NCBI GenBank assembly: GCA_023247915.1
Contig: JAHFFN010000003.1
Location: 4,081-68,080, forward strand
Length of the DNA stretch: 64,000 nucleotides
Source of the DNA: Candidatus Omnitrophota bacterium
GTDB taxonomy: Bacteria; Omnitrophota; Gorgyraeia; 2-02-FULL-51-18
Direction of reading: 5' to 3'
In this document: positions 1 to 9,584 of the stretch, piece by piece
How the letters are laid out: every line of letters starts with the position of its first letter
How positions within the stretch are numbered: the stretch's first letter is position 1
Notes under the pieces: generated by a model
Database searches by the model: none
What the model saw: the letters and a program-made list of their open reading frames with translations, nothing else
Told to the model about the DNA's origin: nothing
Program-made: the position numbers and the translations under genes

Positions 1-1
1 G

Positions 2-574
2 CTTTATCAAAAAAACATCGTCCCGCAGATGATGAAAAAATTTGGCTACAAGAACACGATGCAGGTTCCCGTGCTTCAAAAAATCTCGGTGAACATGGGT
101 GTGGGTAAGGGCGCGGAAGATATCAAGATCGCCGAAGCCGCTCAACAAGAGCTCAGTATCATCACCGGTCAGCATGCGGTGATTACTCGCGCCAAAAAGG
201 CCATTTCCAATTTTAAGATTCGTGAAAATTCGGCTGTGGGTTGCCGCGTGACTCTGAGAAAAAGAACCATGTATGAGTTTTTAGAGAGACTTGTGCGCGT
301 CGCGCTTCCTCGTGTTCGCGATTTTCGCGGCATCAGCCCCCGGGGTTTTGATGAGGCTGGAAATTTCAGCTTTGGTATTCAAGAGCAAAACATTTTTCCG
401 GAAATTGATACCGATCGCGTGGCTCGTCCGCAGGGGATGGACATTACTTTTGTTATCAGCGGCAGTTCCAGAGACGAGTCCTATGAGCTTCTGACTTTGT
501 TCGGATTTCCGTTCCGCACCAAGACGGAAAAAGTCACGCCGACCGCCCCAAAAGCGGAAGCGGTGCAAGTTTAA
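2..574 (+). CDS. rplE: 50S ribosomal protein L5 (5-prime end cut by window start)
   Basis: The frame is open from nt 2 (LYQKNIVPQMMKKFGYKNTMQVPVLQKISVNMGVG), which is an L5-type N-terminal region. It sits upstream of S14-S8-L6. Confidence 0.9.
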   Translation, partial: LYQKNIVPQMMKKFGYKNTMQVPVLQKISVNMGVGKGAEDIKIAEAAQQELSIITGQHAVITRAKKAISNFKIRENSAVGCRVTLRKRTMYEFLERLVRVALPRVRDFRGISPRGFDEAGNFSFGIQEQNIFPEIDTDRVARPQGMDITFVISGSSRDESYELLTLFGFPFRTKTEKVTPTAPKAEAVQV

Positions 575-594
575 TCGAGAGTTAAGGGAAAACA

Positions 595-780
595 ATGGCA
601 AAATTATCTTTAATCATTAAACAGCAAAGAAAACCCAAGTTTAAAACACAAGGGTACAATCGCTGTATGCAATGCGGAAAAACCCGCGGTTACTACCGCA
701 AGTTTAAGCTTTGCCGTATTTGCTTAAGGGAATTGGCGCTGAAGGGCGAGATCCCGGGCCTGATCAAGGCTAGCTGGTAG
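595..780 (+). CDS. rpsZ: 30S ribosomal protein S14, short zinc-ribbon type
   Basis: 61 aa with CxxC...CxxC (CMQCGK...CRIC). Its operon position is between L5 and S8. Confidence 0.9.
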   Translation: MAKLSLIIKQQRKPKFKTQGYNRCMQCGKTRGYYRKFKLCRICLRELALKGEIPGLIKASW

Positions 781-826
781 AATTTTAGAGACACCTACAA
801 AGATAGAGGAAGGATAAGAGACTAAA

Positions 827-1225
827 ATGGCATTAACTGACCCCATCGCAGACGCGCTTACATGCATTCGTAACGCGAATCGTATTAAAAGAGAACGCGT
901 GGATTTGAAAGCGTCGAAGCTTGTCACAGAGATTTTGAAGGTATTGCGGCAGGAAAAATTCATCCATGATTACCGCTTGATCGAAGACAAAAAACAGGGT
1001 ATCCTAAGGGTTTATTTGAAAAAGGCCAACGAGCCGGTCCGCAAGATTAACCGTATTGTCAGAATTTCCAAGCCGGGTCTACGGATTTATACAAAATCAG
1101 ACAAAATTCCCACCGTGTTAAGCGGGATGGGCGTTTGTGTGTTGTCGACTCCGCAGGGCGTTTTGAGTGGCGAACAAGCCAAAAAACGTTCCGTTGGCGG
1201 TGAACTTTTATTAAAGGTATGGTGA
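827..1225 (+). CDS. rpsH: 30S ribosomal protein S8
   Basis: 132 aa with an MALTDPIADALTCIRNA start typical of S8, in conserved operon order. Confidence 0.95.
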   Translation: MALTDPIADALTCIRNANRIKRERVDLKASKLVTEILKVLRQEKFIHDYRLIEDKKQGILRVYLKKANEPVRKINRIVRISKPGLRIYTKSDKIPTVLSGMGVCVLSTPQGVLSGEQAKKRSVGGELLLKVW

Positions 1226-1230
1226 TCTAA

Positions 1231-1770
1231 ATGTCTCGCGTCGGTAAAAAACCTATTGAAGTACCCAAGAACGTCAAAGTGGCCGTGAATCAGGGTGTGG
1301 TCAACGTGGAAGGACCGAAAGGCAAGTTGTCTTTCAGCATGCACTCTCGCATGAAGTCCTCCATCAAGGACAATGTGCTGTTGGTGGAACGTCCGACCAA
1401 TCAGAAAACGGATCGCGCGCTTCATGGCACGACTCGCAGCATTATTTCCAATATGATTCATGGAGTCTCAGAAGGATTTTCAAAGCATCTTTTGATCGAA
1501 GGCGTTGGTTTTAAAGTGCAGCTTCAGGGTAAACAAGTGAATCTTTCTCTAGGCTTTACGCATCCGGTGTTGATGGACATTCCGGAAGGAATCACCGTGG
1601 AAACACCGAAGCCGACCGAAATCTTGATCAAAGGCATCGACAAAATGAAAGTCGGCGATTTCGCCGCCAAAATTCGTAAAATTTATCCGGCTGAGCCTTA
1701 CAAGGGCAAGGGTGTTCGCTATGCCGGTGAAGTGGTGCGCCGCAAGGCCGGAAAGACGGTAACTAAATAA
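1231..1770 (+). CDS. rplF: 50S ribosomal protein L6
   Basis: 179 aa with MSRVGKKPIEVPKNVKV typical of L6, in conserved operon order. Confidence 0.95.
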   Translation: MSRVGKKPIEVPKNVKVAVNQGVVNVEGPKGKLSFSMHSRMKSSIKDNVLLVERPTNQKTDRALHGTTRSIISNMIHGVSEGFSKHLLIEGVGFKVQLQGKQVNLSLGFTHPVLMDIPEGITVETPKPTEILIKGIDKMKVGDFAAKIRKIYPAEPYKGKGVRYAGEVVRRKAGKTVTK

Positions 1771-1771
1771 C

Positions 1772-2146
1772 ATGCTTAGAAAAAATAAGACTAAAACAAA
1801 TCGTATCATTCGTCATCTGAGACTCCGGAAACGCGTTTCGGGAACTCCGGAGCGCCCGAGACTCTCGCTTCACCCCAGCCTGCTTCACTTGGAAGCTCAA
1901 ATCGTCAACGATTTTGAGGGTAAGACTTTGTTCGGTTTTTCGACGAAGGCCAAGGATTTTAAAAAGGCGACCGGCCTCAAAAAAGGCGGCAACGTAAAAG
2001 CGGCCGAAAGTTTTGGCAAGTTTGTGGCTGAGAAAGCCAAGGAAAAAGGGGTTTCCAAAGTTGTGTTTGATCGCAGCGGCGTTTTGTATCACGGCCGCGT
2101 CAAAGCATTCGCGGATGCCGCCCGTCAAGGCGGACTTTCGTTTTAA
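1772..2146 (+). CDS. rplR: 50S ribosomal protein L18
   Basis: 124 aa with a C-terminal YHGRVKAFADAARQGGLSF signature of L18. Confidence 0.9.
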   Translation: MLRKNKTKTNRIIRHLRLRKRVSGTPERPRLSLHPSLLHLEAQIVNDFEGKTLFGFSTKAKDFKKATGLKKGGNVKAAESFGKFVAEKAKEKGVSKVVFDRSGVLYHGRVKAFADAARQGGLSF

Positions 2147-2176
2147 TCGTCAGTTCAAAGAGAGGAATTTTAGCAA

Positions 2177-2803
2177 GTGGAAAATAAAGAATTTAAGAAC
2201 AAGCCCAAATCAAAAACATTCGCCAAGTCCGATGTGGTCAACGCGCCTTTAAATCAAGCCGCCGTTGTGACCGCCGCCGGGGAAGTGATCGAGCAGATCA
2301 AGAAGAAGCCTTCTCATGATCGCGCCCGCCGCCGTTCTCCGCGCCAAGAAGGGCCTCAAGAATTTGTGGAAAAAGTAGTCGCGGTCAATCGCGTCGCCAA
2401 GGTGGTCAAGGGCGGAAAACGCTTTTCATTCAGCGCGCTTGTCGTGGTCGGCGATCAAAAAGGTCGCGTCGGGTTTGCGCTCGGCAAAGCCAATGAAGTC
2501 CAGGACGCCATTCGCAAGGGCATTTTCCAAGCCAAGAAAAATTTTATCAACGTGCCCATCAAAGGCACGACGATTCCGCATGAAGTGATCGGCCGCTTTG
2601 GCGCCGCTCGCGTGATGATGAAGCCCGCGATGCCGGGAACCGGGATTATTTGTGGTGGTGCGGTGCGTGCCGTTTGTGAATCCGCGGGAATCAAAGACAT
2701 TTTGACCAAATCCTTAGGATCGGATAACTCGATCAACGTGGTGCGAGCCACCGCGGAAGGTTTGCAAAGACTGGTGATGGGAGTGACATCCAATGTTGAG
2801 TAG
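2177..2803 (+). CDS. rpsE: 30S ribosomal protein S5 with an N-terminal extension of about 45 aa (GTG start)
   Basis: The S5 core is present ([27 protein letters not shown]...). At 208 aa it is longer than the usual length of about 165 aa. Confidence 0.9.
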   Translation: MENKEFKNKPKSKTFAKSDVVNAPLNQAAVVTAAGEVIEQIKKKPSHDRARRRSPRQEGPQEFVEKVVAVNRVAKVVKGGKRFSFSALVVVGDQKGRVGFALGKANEVQDAIRKGIFQAKKNFINVPIKGTTIPHEVIGRFGAARVMMKPAMPGTGIICGGAVRAVCESAGIKDILTKSLGSDNSINVVRATAEGLQRLVMGVTSNVE

Positions 2804-3233
2804 ACTGAGAAAGCCTTTTGGGGCTAAGAAAAGAAAGAAAGTGGTAGGACGCGGACGCGGTTCAGGACATGGAAAGACGTCCGGTCGCGGAGAAAAGGGT
2901 CAAAACGCCAGAGCTTCAGGCGGCGTTCGCCCCGGATTTGAAGGCGGTCAGATGCCTCTCATTCGCCGCATTCCCAAGCGGGGATTTACGTTCACACCCA
3001 AGGCCAAGTACGAAGTCATTTCGCTGGAGCGTTTAAGCGGATTTGCTTCCGGCGTGGAAGTGACGCCTCAGTCCTTGAAGGATGCCGGCATCGTGAACAA
3101 GAAAAAATTTAAGATTAAGATTCTGGGCGATGGGACGTTAAAACACCCTCTCAAAATTAAAGCACACGCATTTTCGAAATCCGCGCTCGAGAAGATCAAG
3201 AGCGCCGGCGGCACTGCGGAAAAAATTTCCTAA
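2793..3233 (+). CDS. rplO: 50S ribosomal protein L15
   Basis: 146 aa with a Gly/Arg-rich N-terminus ([19 protein letters not shown]). It overlaps the rpsE end by 11 nt. Confidence 0.9.
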   Translation: MLSRLRKPFGAKKRKKVVGRGRGSGHGKTSGRGEKGQNARASGGVRPGFEGGQMPLIRRIPKRGFTFTPKAKYEVISLERLSGFASGVEVTPQSLKDAGIVNKKKFKIKILGDGTLKHPLKIKAHAFSKSALEKIKSAGGTAEKIS

Positions 3234-4588
3234 TGCTCCAAGCGTTCGCAGATTCCTTCAAGATCCCCGATCTTCGAAAGAAAATTCTGATCACGTTTGG
3301 GATTATCGCCGTGTACAGACTCGGTACTTTTATCCCGACACCGGGCATTGACGGCGCTAAGCTCGGCATGTTCTTTGACAACTTATCACGGACTCAGGGC
3401 GGCTCGCTCTTTGGCGTGATGAATCTATTTTCCGGCGGCGCGATTCATCGCTTGACCATTTTTGCGCTCGGGATTATGCCTTACATCTCAAGCTCCATTA
3501 TTATGCAGCTTTTGACGGTGGTGATTCCCGCGCTTGAGAAACTGGCCAAGGAAGGGGAAGTCGGGCGCAAAGCGATTAATCAGTACACGCGCTATGGCAC
3601 CATTGTTCTATCGGTGATTCAATCTTTCTTCATTGCTCTCTGGCTTGAAAATCCGGCGCATTTTGGCGGATTGGCGATTGTGGATTTTCCGGGCTGGCCA
3701 TTTCGGATTTTGACGGTTTTGACCTTGACCACGGGTTCCGCGTTTATCATGTGGCTGGGTGAGCAGATTCAGGAAAAAGGCATCGGAAACGGAATGTCGA
3801 TCATTGTCGCGGCGGGTATCCTGTCGCGCGTGCCGACGGCCGTATTTCAAATCGGCGCTCTGATGCAGCCGGGAAATGCCGCGGGCGGCCAGATGGATTT
3901 TCTGACAGTATTGATCATGGCCTCCATCATGGTGGCGGCAATCGTTTTTGTTATTTATTTGACGCAGGCGGAACGTAAAATCCCCGTTCAATACGCCAAG
4001 CGTGTCGTAGGTCGGAAGGTTTTTGGCGGACAGTCGACATTCATTCCGTTTAAAGTCAACAATGGCGGCGTGATGCCGATCATTTTTGCGCAGTCGATCG
4101 TGTTGTTTCCGGCGACGATCGGCGTGTTTGTGCCGAATCATTTTATTCAGCAAGTGGCCACGTCCTTGACGCATGGCAATGTGGCTTACACGCTCATCAC
4201 GATGTTTTTGATTATCTTTTTTAGTTATTTTTATACGGCGATCGCGTTTAATCCGATTGACGTGGCGGAAAACATGAAAAAATACGGCGGATTTATTCCG
4301 GGCGTTCGTCCGGGAACAAACACCGCCGAATATTTTGATTACATTATTAATCGCATCACCTTGCCGGGCGGTATTTTCTTGGCGATGATTGCGGTGGCGC
4401 CGGACGTGATCGGGAAAGCACTCAAAGTACCGCATCAAGTTGCGGATTTCTTTGGAGGCACGGCGCTCTTGATCGTGGTCGGTGTGAGTTTGGATACGAT
4501 CAAACAGATTGAGTCACAGCTTCTCATGCGGCATTACGAAGGTTTTATGAAGCGCGGCCGCGTTAAGGGAAGGCAAAGGGCTTACTAA
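3233..4588 (+). CDS. secY: preprotein translocase subunit SecY
   Basis: 451 aa multi-TM protein with SecY motifs (LGIMPYISSSIIMQLL, GNGMSIIV), following rplO. Confidence 0.95.
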   Translation: MLQAFADSFKIPDLRKKILITFGIIAVYRLGTFIPTPGIDGAKLGMFFDNLSRTQGGSLFGVMNLFSGGAIHRLTIFALGIMPYISSSIIMQLLTVVIPALEKLAKEGEVGRKAINQYTRYGTIVLSVIQSFFIALWLENPAHFGGLAIVDFPGWPFRILTVLTLTTGSAFIMWLGEQIQEKGIGNGMSIIVAAGILSRVPTAVFQIGALMQPGNAAGGQMDFLTVLIMASIMVAAIVFVIYLTQAERKIPVQYAKRVVGRKVFGGQSTFIPFKVNNGGVMPIIFAQSIVLFPATIGVFVPNHFIQQVATSLTHGNVAYTLITMFLIIFFSYFYTAIAFNPIDVAENMKKYGGFIPGVRPGTNTAEYFDYIINRITLPGGIFLAMIAVAPDVIGKALKVPHQVADFFGGTALLIVVGVSLDTIKQIESQLLMRHYEGFMKRGRVKGRQRAY

Positions 4589-4590
4589 AG

Positions 4591-5253
4591 ATGAGGCTCG
4601 TTTTATTGGGGCCTCCGGGCGCAGGCAAAGGAACGCATGCGCAGGTTCTTTCTAAAGATTTGAATGCGGTTCATGTGTCGACCGGGGATATGTTGCGCGA
4701 ATCGCTTCGCGCCGCCACACCCCTGGGGCTTAAAGCAAAGACTTACATGGAAAAGGGAGAGTTGGTTCCGGACGAAGTCGTGATCGCGATGGTCGCCGAG
4801 AGACTTTCCAAGCCTGACGCCGCCAAAGGATTTATTTTAGACGGTTTTCCGAGAACAGCGGATCAGGCCAAGAGCCTGGACAAAACGCTCGAAGCGCTCA
4901 AGATGCCGTTGGATAGCGTTCTTTATTTTAAAACATCGCTGGAAGTGATTGTGGCGCGCTTGTCCGGGCGCCGGGTTTGTTCGAAATGCGGAAAAACATT
5001 TCATATTCGAAATTTTAGACCGAAAGTGGAAGGAATTTGTGACGCTTGCGGTTCGGCGCTTGTGCAGAGACCGGATGATCGGGAAGAGACGATTAAGAAC
5101 CGGTTGGAAGTTTACGAAAAGCAGACAGCGCCGCTGATTGAGTATTATCAGAAGCAAAATAATTTAGAGGAAGTGCCGGGAGATTTGGAAGTTGATCCGC
5201 TTCAGGCATTTTTGAAAGATTTGTTCATTCAAAAAGGAACGGCCAAGCGTTAA
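4591..5253 (+). CDS. adk: adenylate kinase (zinc-lid type)
   Basis: P-loop GPPGAGKGT and a lid with CSKCGK...CDACG. Confidence 0.95.
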   Translation: MRLVLLGPPGAGKGTHAQVLSKDLNAVHVSTGDMLRESLRAATPLGLKAKTYMEKGELVPDEVVIAMVAERLSKPDAAKGFILDGFPRTADQAKSLDKTLEALKMPLDSVLYFKTSLEVIVARLSGRRVCSKCGKTFHIRNFRPKVEGICDACGSALVQRPDDREETIKNRLEVYEKQTAPLIEYYQKQNNLEEVPGDLEVDPLQAFLKDLFIQKGTAKR

Positions 5254-5255
5254 CG

Positions 5256-6005
5256 ATGGGCGGCATCGAACTGAAGTCGCCCTCGGAGTTGGAAATCATG
5301 CGCCAAGCAGGTCGCATCGTTTCAGGGCTCTTAAAGTTAATGGAAAAAGAAGCCAAGCCCGGTGTCAGCACGCAGAAGCTTGATGAGATCGCCGAGAAAT
5401 TTGTGCGGTCGCAGGGCGCGGAGCCGGCGTTTAAAGGATATTACGGTTATCCGGCGACGATTTGTGCGTCGATAAACGACGAGGTGGTGCACGGCATCCC
5501 CGGAAAAAGAATTTTGAATGACGGCGATATTATCGGGGTGGATGTCGGGGTGATTTTGAAAGGTTATTTTTCTGACGCCGCCAGAACATTCGCGATCGGT
5601 ACGGTGGACGCCGAAAGCCAGAAATTGATTCGAGTCACGCGTGAAGCGATGATGCGCGGGATCGCTCAAGCGGTGGAAGGGAACCGGATTTCGGATATTT
5701 CCGCAGCGGTTCAAGCCTACGCGGAAAAAGAAGGTTTCTCGGTCGTCAGAGAATACGTCGGCCATGGCATCGGACGGAATCTTCACGAAGATCCGCAGGT
5801 GCCCAATTATGGCAAACCCGGCGAAGGGCCAAAGCTCGTGACGGGAATGGCGTTGGCGATTGAGCCGATGATTAACGCCGGCAGTCATGAAGTGAAAGTG
5901 CTGGCGGATGGATGGACCGTGGTGACGCGTGATGGAAAGCGTTCCGCGCATTTTGAACAAACAATTTTTATAACAAAGACAAAGCCGGAGATAGTTACAG
6001 AATAA
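5256..6005 (+). CDS. map: type I methionine aminopeptidase
   Basis: 249 aa with metal-ligand context ([26 protein letters not shown]). Confidence 0.95.
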   Translation: MGGIELKSPSELEIMRQAGRIVSGLLKLMEKEAKPGVSTQKLDEIAEKFVRSQGAEPAFKGYYGYPATICASINDEVVHGIPGKRILNDGDIIGVDVGVILKGYFSDAARTFAIGTVDAESQKLIRVTREAMMRGIAQAVEGNRISDISAAVQAYAEKEGFSVVREYVGHGIGRNLHEDPQVPNYGKPGEGPKLVTGMALAIEPMINAGSHEVKVLADGWTVVTRDGKRSAHFEQTIFITKTKPEIVTE

Positions 6006-6006
6006 A

Positions 6007-6225
6007 ATGCCCAAAGAAGATGCCGTCCAGGTTGAAGGAGTGGTCGTAGAAGCGCTACCCAATGCGATGTTCAAGGTAGACCTTCAGAATCAGCATCGGG
6101 TCATGGCGCATGTATCGGGAAAAATGAGAATGAATTTTATCCGTATTCTTCCCGGAGATAAGGTGATGTTAGAACTTTCACCTTACGATTTGACACGGGG
6201 ACGGATTATTTACAGAGTGAAGTAA
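6007..6225 (+). CDS. infA: translation initiation factor IF-1
   Basis: 72 aa with S1-like sequence ([24 protein letters not shown]...). Confidence 0.95.
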   Translation: MPKEDAVQVEGVVVEALPNAMFKVDLQNQHRVMAHVSGKMRMNFIRILPGDKVMLELSPYDLTRGRIIYRVK

Positions 6226-6241
6226 AAAGAGGGAAACTCGA

Positions 6242-6355
6242 ATGAAAGTGCGTGCAAGCGTTAAAAAAATTTGTGGGAACTGCAAAATTGTCCGCCGCCA
6301 ACGTGTGGTGCGAGTGATTTGCTCAAATCCGAAACATAAACAGAGACAAGGATAA
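6242..6355 (+). CDS. rpmJ: 50S ribosomal protein L36 (absent from the supplied ORF track because it is too short)
   Basis: My own translation gives [37 protein letters not shown] followed by a stop. It lies between infA and rpsM. Confidence 0.85.
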   Translation: MKVRASVKKICGNCKIVRRQRVVRVICSNPKHKQRQG

Positions 6356-6362
6356 GCGAAGT

Positions 6363-6776
6363 ATGCCAAGAATCGTCGGAGTAGATATTCCTAAAGAAAA
6401 AAAGATTTATGCCGGTTTGGCCTATATCTATGGAATTGGCCAAGCGTCCGCGCTTAAGATTTTGCAACAAGCGGGGATCAGCCCGGATGTGCGTGGAAAA
6501 AATTTGACGGAAGATGAGGTTTCACGCATCACCGCGATTATTCAAAAAGATCATAAGACAGAGGGCGTGCTTCGCCGCGAGATCGGGATCAACATCAAGC
6601 GTTTGATGGATATCCAGAGCTATCGGGGTCTGCGTCACAAGAGAAGTCTTCCGGTTCGCGGACAGCGCACCCGTACCAATGCGCGTACCCGCAAAGGTCC
6701 GAAGAAGACAATCGGCGCACAGCGTAAGAAAGAAGCAGCACCAGCAAAGAAACCAGCGGAAGCGGCTAAGAAGTAA
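6363..6776 (+). CDS. rpsM: 30S ribosomal protein S13 (Lys/Ala-rich C-terminal tail)
   Basis: [26 protein letters not shown] is typical of S13. Confidence 0.95.
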   Translation: MPRIVGVDIPKEKKIYAGLAYIYGIGQASALKILQQAGISPDVRGKNLTEDEVSRITAIIQKDHKTEGVLRREIGINIKRLMDIQSYRGLRHKRSLPVRGQRTRTNARTRKGPKKTIGAQRKKEAAPAKKPAEAAKK

Positions 6777-6804
6777 ATAATTATAAACGGAGGTTTGAAA
6801 AGAA

Positions 6805-7197
6805 GTGGCGAAAGCAAAAAAGTTTAAATCTAGAAAGAAAGTCGTTCGCAATGTCTCGGAAGGCGTTGCGCATATTTTGGCGACTTTTAACAACACCATT
6901 GTTTCGATTACGGATCGCAACGGCAATGTCGTTGCTTGGGCCAGCTGTGGTTCTTCCGGATTTTCGGGATCCAAGAAATCGACGCCATTTGCCGCTCAGA
7001 TGACCGCTGAAGCTGCTGCCAAGAAATCGGTGGAGCATGGAATGAAAACCGTTGAAGTTTGTGTGAAGGGTCCCGGCTCCGGCCGTGAATCCGCCATCCG
7101 CGCTTTGCAAGCGGCTGGCTTAGCCATCAGTTCGATTAAAGACGTCACACCCATTCCTCATAATGGTTGCCGTCCACCCAAGAGAAGGAGAGTCTAA
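6805..7197 (+). CDS. rpsK: 30S ribosomal protein S11 (GTG start)
   Basis: The S11 core is present ([37 protein letters not shown]). Confidence 0.95.
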   Translation: MAKAKKFKSRKKVVRNVSEGVAHILATFNNTIVSITDRNGNVVAWASCGSSGFSGSKKSTPFAAQMTAEAAAKKSVEHGMKTVEVCVKGPGSGRESAIRALQAAGLAISSIKDVTPIPHNGCRPPKRRRV

Positions 7198-7826
7198 TGG
7201 GCCGCTATAGCGCATCCGTTTGTCGGCTATGCCGCCGGGAAAAAATTAAACTTTTTCTAAAAGGCAGTCGTTGTTATTCCCCGAAGTGCGCGATTGAAAA
7301 ACGCGAGTACGCGCCGGGAATGCACGGACAAGCTCGTCAACAGAAGTTGTCTGATTACGGTGTTCAGCTTCGCGAAAAGCAGAAGGTGAAACGTATTTAC
7401 GGGTTGATGGAAAAGCAATTTAAGTTTTACTTTAAGAATGCCAGCCGCTCCAAAGGCGTTACCGGTGTCGCGCTCTTAGTCACTTTAGAGCGGAGACTCG
7501 ACAATGTGATTTATCGTCTTGGTTTGGCCGCCTCACGCGCCGAGGCTCGTCAGGTTGTCGGACACGGTCACGTGGTGGTGAATGGTCATTCGGTGAATAT
7601 TCCGTCCTTTCAAGTCAGCGCCGGAGATAAGATTGAGCTTATCGGCAGTGACAAGATGAAAGAGCGTTTCAAGATTTTGGCCGAACAAACCAAAGATCAA
7701 GCGTCCGCCGAATGGTTGACAGCGGATCTGCCCAACTTAAAAGCGTCGGTGAATCGCCTGCCTCAACGGTCGGATGTGAAGATGCCGATCCAAGAACAGC
7801 TGATCGTCGAATTGTATTCGAAATAA
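7197..7826 (+). CDS. rpsD: 30S ribosomal protein S4
   Basis: I place the start at the ATG at 7197 ([16 protein letters not shown]), which forms a TAATG overlap with the rpsK stop. The track start at 7167 lies inside rpsK. Confidence 0.9.
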   Translation: MGRYSASVCRLCRREKIKLFLKGSRCYSPKCAIEKREYAPGMHGQARQQKLSDYGVQLREKQKVKRIYGLMEKQFKFYFKNASRSKGVTGVALLVTLERRLDNVIYRLGLAASRAEARQVVGHGHVVVNGHSVNIPSFQVSAGDKIELIGSDKMKERFKILAEQTKDQASAEWLTADLPNLKASVNRLPQRSDVKMPIQEQLIVELYSK

Positions 7827-7896
7827 ATTTTTTAAACGTCCACAGGTGGCAGGATGAATGCGTTGCCACGCGAAATAAATGAAATAGGAGATAGTC

Positions 7897-8901
7897 ATGG
7901 GAATAGCCTTAAGATCATTTGAAATACCAAAAAAATTAACCGGTGACGATGAAACACTGACCGGCACGTACGGCAAATTTGTTGCTGAGCCTTTTGAAAG
8001 AGGGTATGGCGTGACCGTGGGTAATTCCATTCGCCGCGTGCTCTTGTCTTCTTTAGAAGGCACGGCGGTAACTTCGATTAAAATCGAAGGCGTCTCGCAC
8101 GAATTTTCTTCAGTCAACGGCATTGCCGAAGATGTGACCGAGATCATTCTCAATATTAAGAAGCTTGTGCTCCGTTCTCATACGCGCGCGACCAAGACAC
8201 TGCGTATCGAAGTGAACCAGAAGCAAGCGATTACCGCTAAAGACATCATCACGGATGACACTGTTGAGGTGATCAACCCTGATTTGCATATCGCGACCTT
8301 GACCAAAAACGTGCCCTTTCGCATGGAGCTCGAAGTTCAAAAGGGTCGTGGGTATGTTCCCGCAGAGCGCAATAAAAAAGAAGGTCAGGCTCTTGGCGTG
8401 ATCGCGGTGGACTCTATTTTCACCCCGATCAATAAAGTTAATTTTCACGTGGAAGACACGCGTGTCGGACAGATGACGGATTATGACAAATTAATCCTTG
8501 AGATCTGGACCAACGGTAGCGTCAATCCCAAAGACGCTATTTTGTACGCGTCCAACATTCTCCAGCGTCATCTGGACGTGTTTGTTAATTTTGGCAAACT
8601 TCCTGAAGAAGATCAGATCGTGGATACTTCCGACGAGAAGGATGAAGCGCTTTACAAAAAGCTGGCTCAGCCGGTTTCAGAACTTGAGTTGTCGGTTCGC
8701 AGCGCCAACTGCCTCCGGGAAGCGCATATCAAGACCATCGGCGAGCTTGTGAAGAAGACCGAGATGGAAATGCTGAAATACCGCAATTTCGGAAAGAAAT
8801 CGTTGACCGAAATCACGAACATCTTGAAAGAGATGGGCATCGGATTTGGTCATAATGTCGACATGGAGCGTCTCAAAAAATACACCGGAGACTCTGAATG
8901 A
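7897..8901 (+). CDS. rpoA: DNA-directed RNA polymerase subunit alpha
   Basis: 334 aa with an N-terminal dimerisation region and C-terminal domain (ELELSVRSANCLREAHIKTIGELV). Confidence 0.95.
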   Translation: MGIALRSFEIPKKLTGDDETLTGTYGKFVAEPFERGYGVTVGNSIRRVLLSSLEGTAVTSIKIEGVSHEFSSVNGIAEDVTEIILNIKKLVLRSHTRATKTLRIEVNQKQAITAKDIITDDTVEVINPDLHIATLTKNVPFRMELEVQKGRGYVPAERNKKEGQALGVIAVDSIFTPINKVNFHVEDTRVGQMTDYDKLILEIWTNGSVNPKDAILYASNILQRHLDVFVNFGKLPEEDQIVDTSDEKDEALYKKLAQPVSELELSVRSANCLREAHIKTIGELVKKTEMEMLKYRNFGKKSLTEITNILKEMGIGFGHNVDMERLKKYTGDSE

Positions 8902-9473
8902 GACACAATCGACAAACCCACAAATTAGGCCGTACGCGGACTGAGCGTAAGGCGCTTTTGGAGAGCTTAGTGATGAGCCTCTTGAAGCACCAGGCGATCA
9001 AGACGACGGTACAAAAGGCGAAAGCCGCCCAAAGGCTCGCGGATCACATGATCACGCTGGGTAAGGATGACACGCTGGCGTCTCGCCGGCAGGCATTTTC
9101 TTATCTCCAGGATCATCAGTTGACTTCGAAGCTCTTTAAAGAAATGGCGCCGCGCTTCAAAGACCGTAAAGGGGGCTACACTCGCATTCTGCGTTTAGGC
9201 CGCCGTAAAGGGGATGGCGCGGAACTCGCGCTTTTGGAGCTCACGGAAAAAGAAATCATCGTCAAGGCCGCTCCCAAGAAGTCTAAAAAAGACTTGAAGG
9301 GCGATCATGACACGCACGCGCACGATCATAAGCATGAAGGCGCTGAAGACGCTCATCCTCCCAAGACAAAAGCGGAGGCGCCCAAACGTCCCGACAATAA
9401 AGGGGACAAGAACCAGGGCAAAGGATTCCTCGGAAATATCGGGAAATTCTTCCGCAACAAGGGCGGTAGCTGA
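8898..9473 (+). CDS. rplQ: 50S ribosomal protein L17 with a His/Lys-rich C-terminal tail of about 70 aa
   Basis: The L17 core is present (MRHNRQTHKLGRTRTERKALL...GGYTRILRLGRRKGDGA). At 191 aa it is longer than the usual length of about 120-130 aa. Confidence 0.9.
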   Translation: MRHNRQTHKLGRTRTERKALLESLVMSLLKHQAIKTTVQKAKAAQRLADHMITLGKDDTLASRRQAFSYLQDHQLTSKLFKEMAPRFKDRKGGYTRILRLGRRKGDGAELALLELTEKEIIVKAAPKKSKKDLKGDHDTHAHDHKHEGAEDAHPPKTKAEAPKRPDNKGDKNQGKGFLGNIGKFFRNKGGS

Positions 9474-9512
9474 TCGTTCTTCGGTAAGCGTTCGCGATAA
9501 GCATTAAATTAA

Positions 9513-9550
9513 AATTGCCTCTTTTGATATTTGAAAGAGGCAATTTTTTT
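9513..9550 (+). terminator. intrinsic terminator after rplQ
   Basis: A perfect 12-bp stem (aattgcctcttt / aaagaggcaatt) with a 9-nt loop runs into a T-tract. Confidence 0.75.
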
Positions 9551-9558
9551 GATACAAT
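9531..9558 (+). promoter_or_regulatory. putative sigma70-type promoter (TTGAAA-N16-TACAAT) overlapping the terminator descending arm
   Basis: I read the hexamers directly. The site is about 27 nt upstream of the ATG at 9585. Confidence 0.4.
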
Positions 9559-9584
9559 TACTGCTTCACTTAAGAAGGGTTGTT

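Noticed and set aside
3608-4438. 276-aa minus-strand ORF inside secY
   Set aside because: It is entirely antisense to a confidently identified secY. The product is Arg/His-rich and low in complexity, with no motif, so it is a typical shadow ORF.
5337-6074. 245-aa minus-strand ORF opposite map and infA
   Set aside because: It is antisense to two conserved genes and has no recognisable domain, so I treat it as a shadow ORF.
7846-7869. 6-bp-stem hairpin (gtggca / tgccac) between rpsD and rpoA
   Set aside because: The stem is short, the loop is 12 nt and there is no T-tract. It could be a processing or attenuation site, but the evidence is too weak to annotate.
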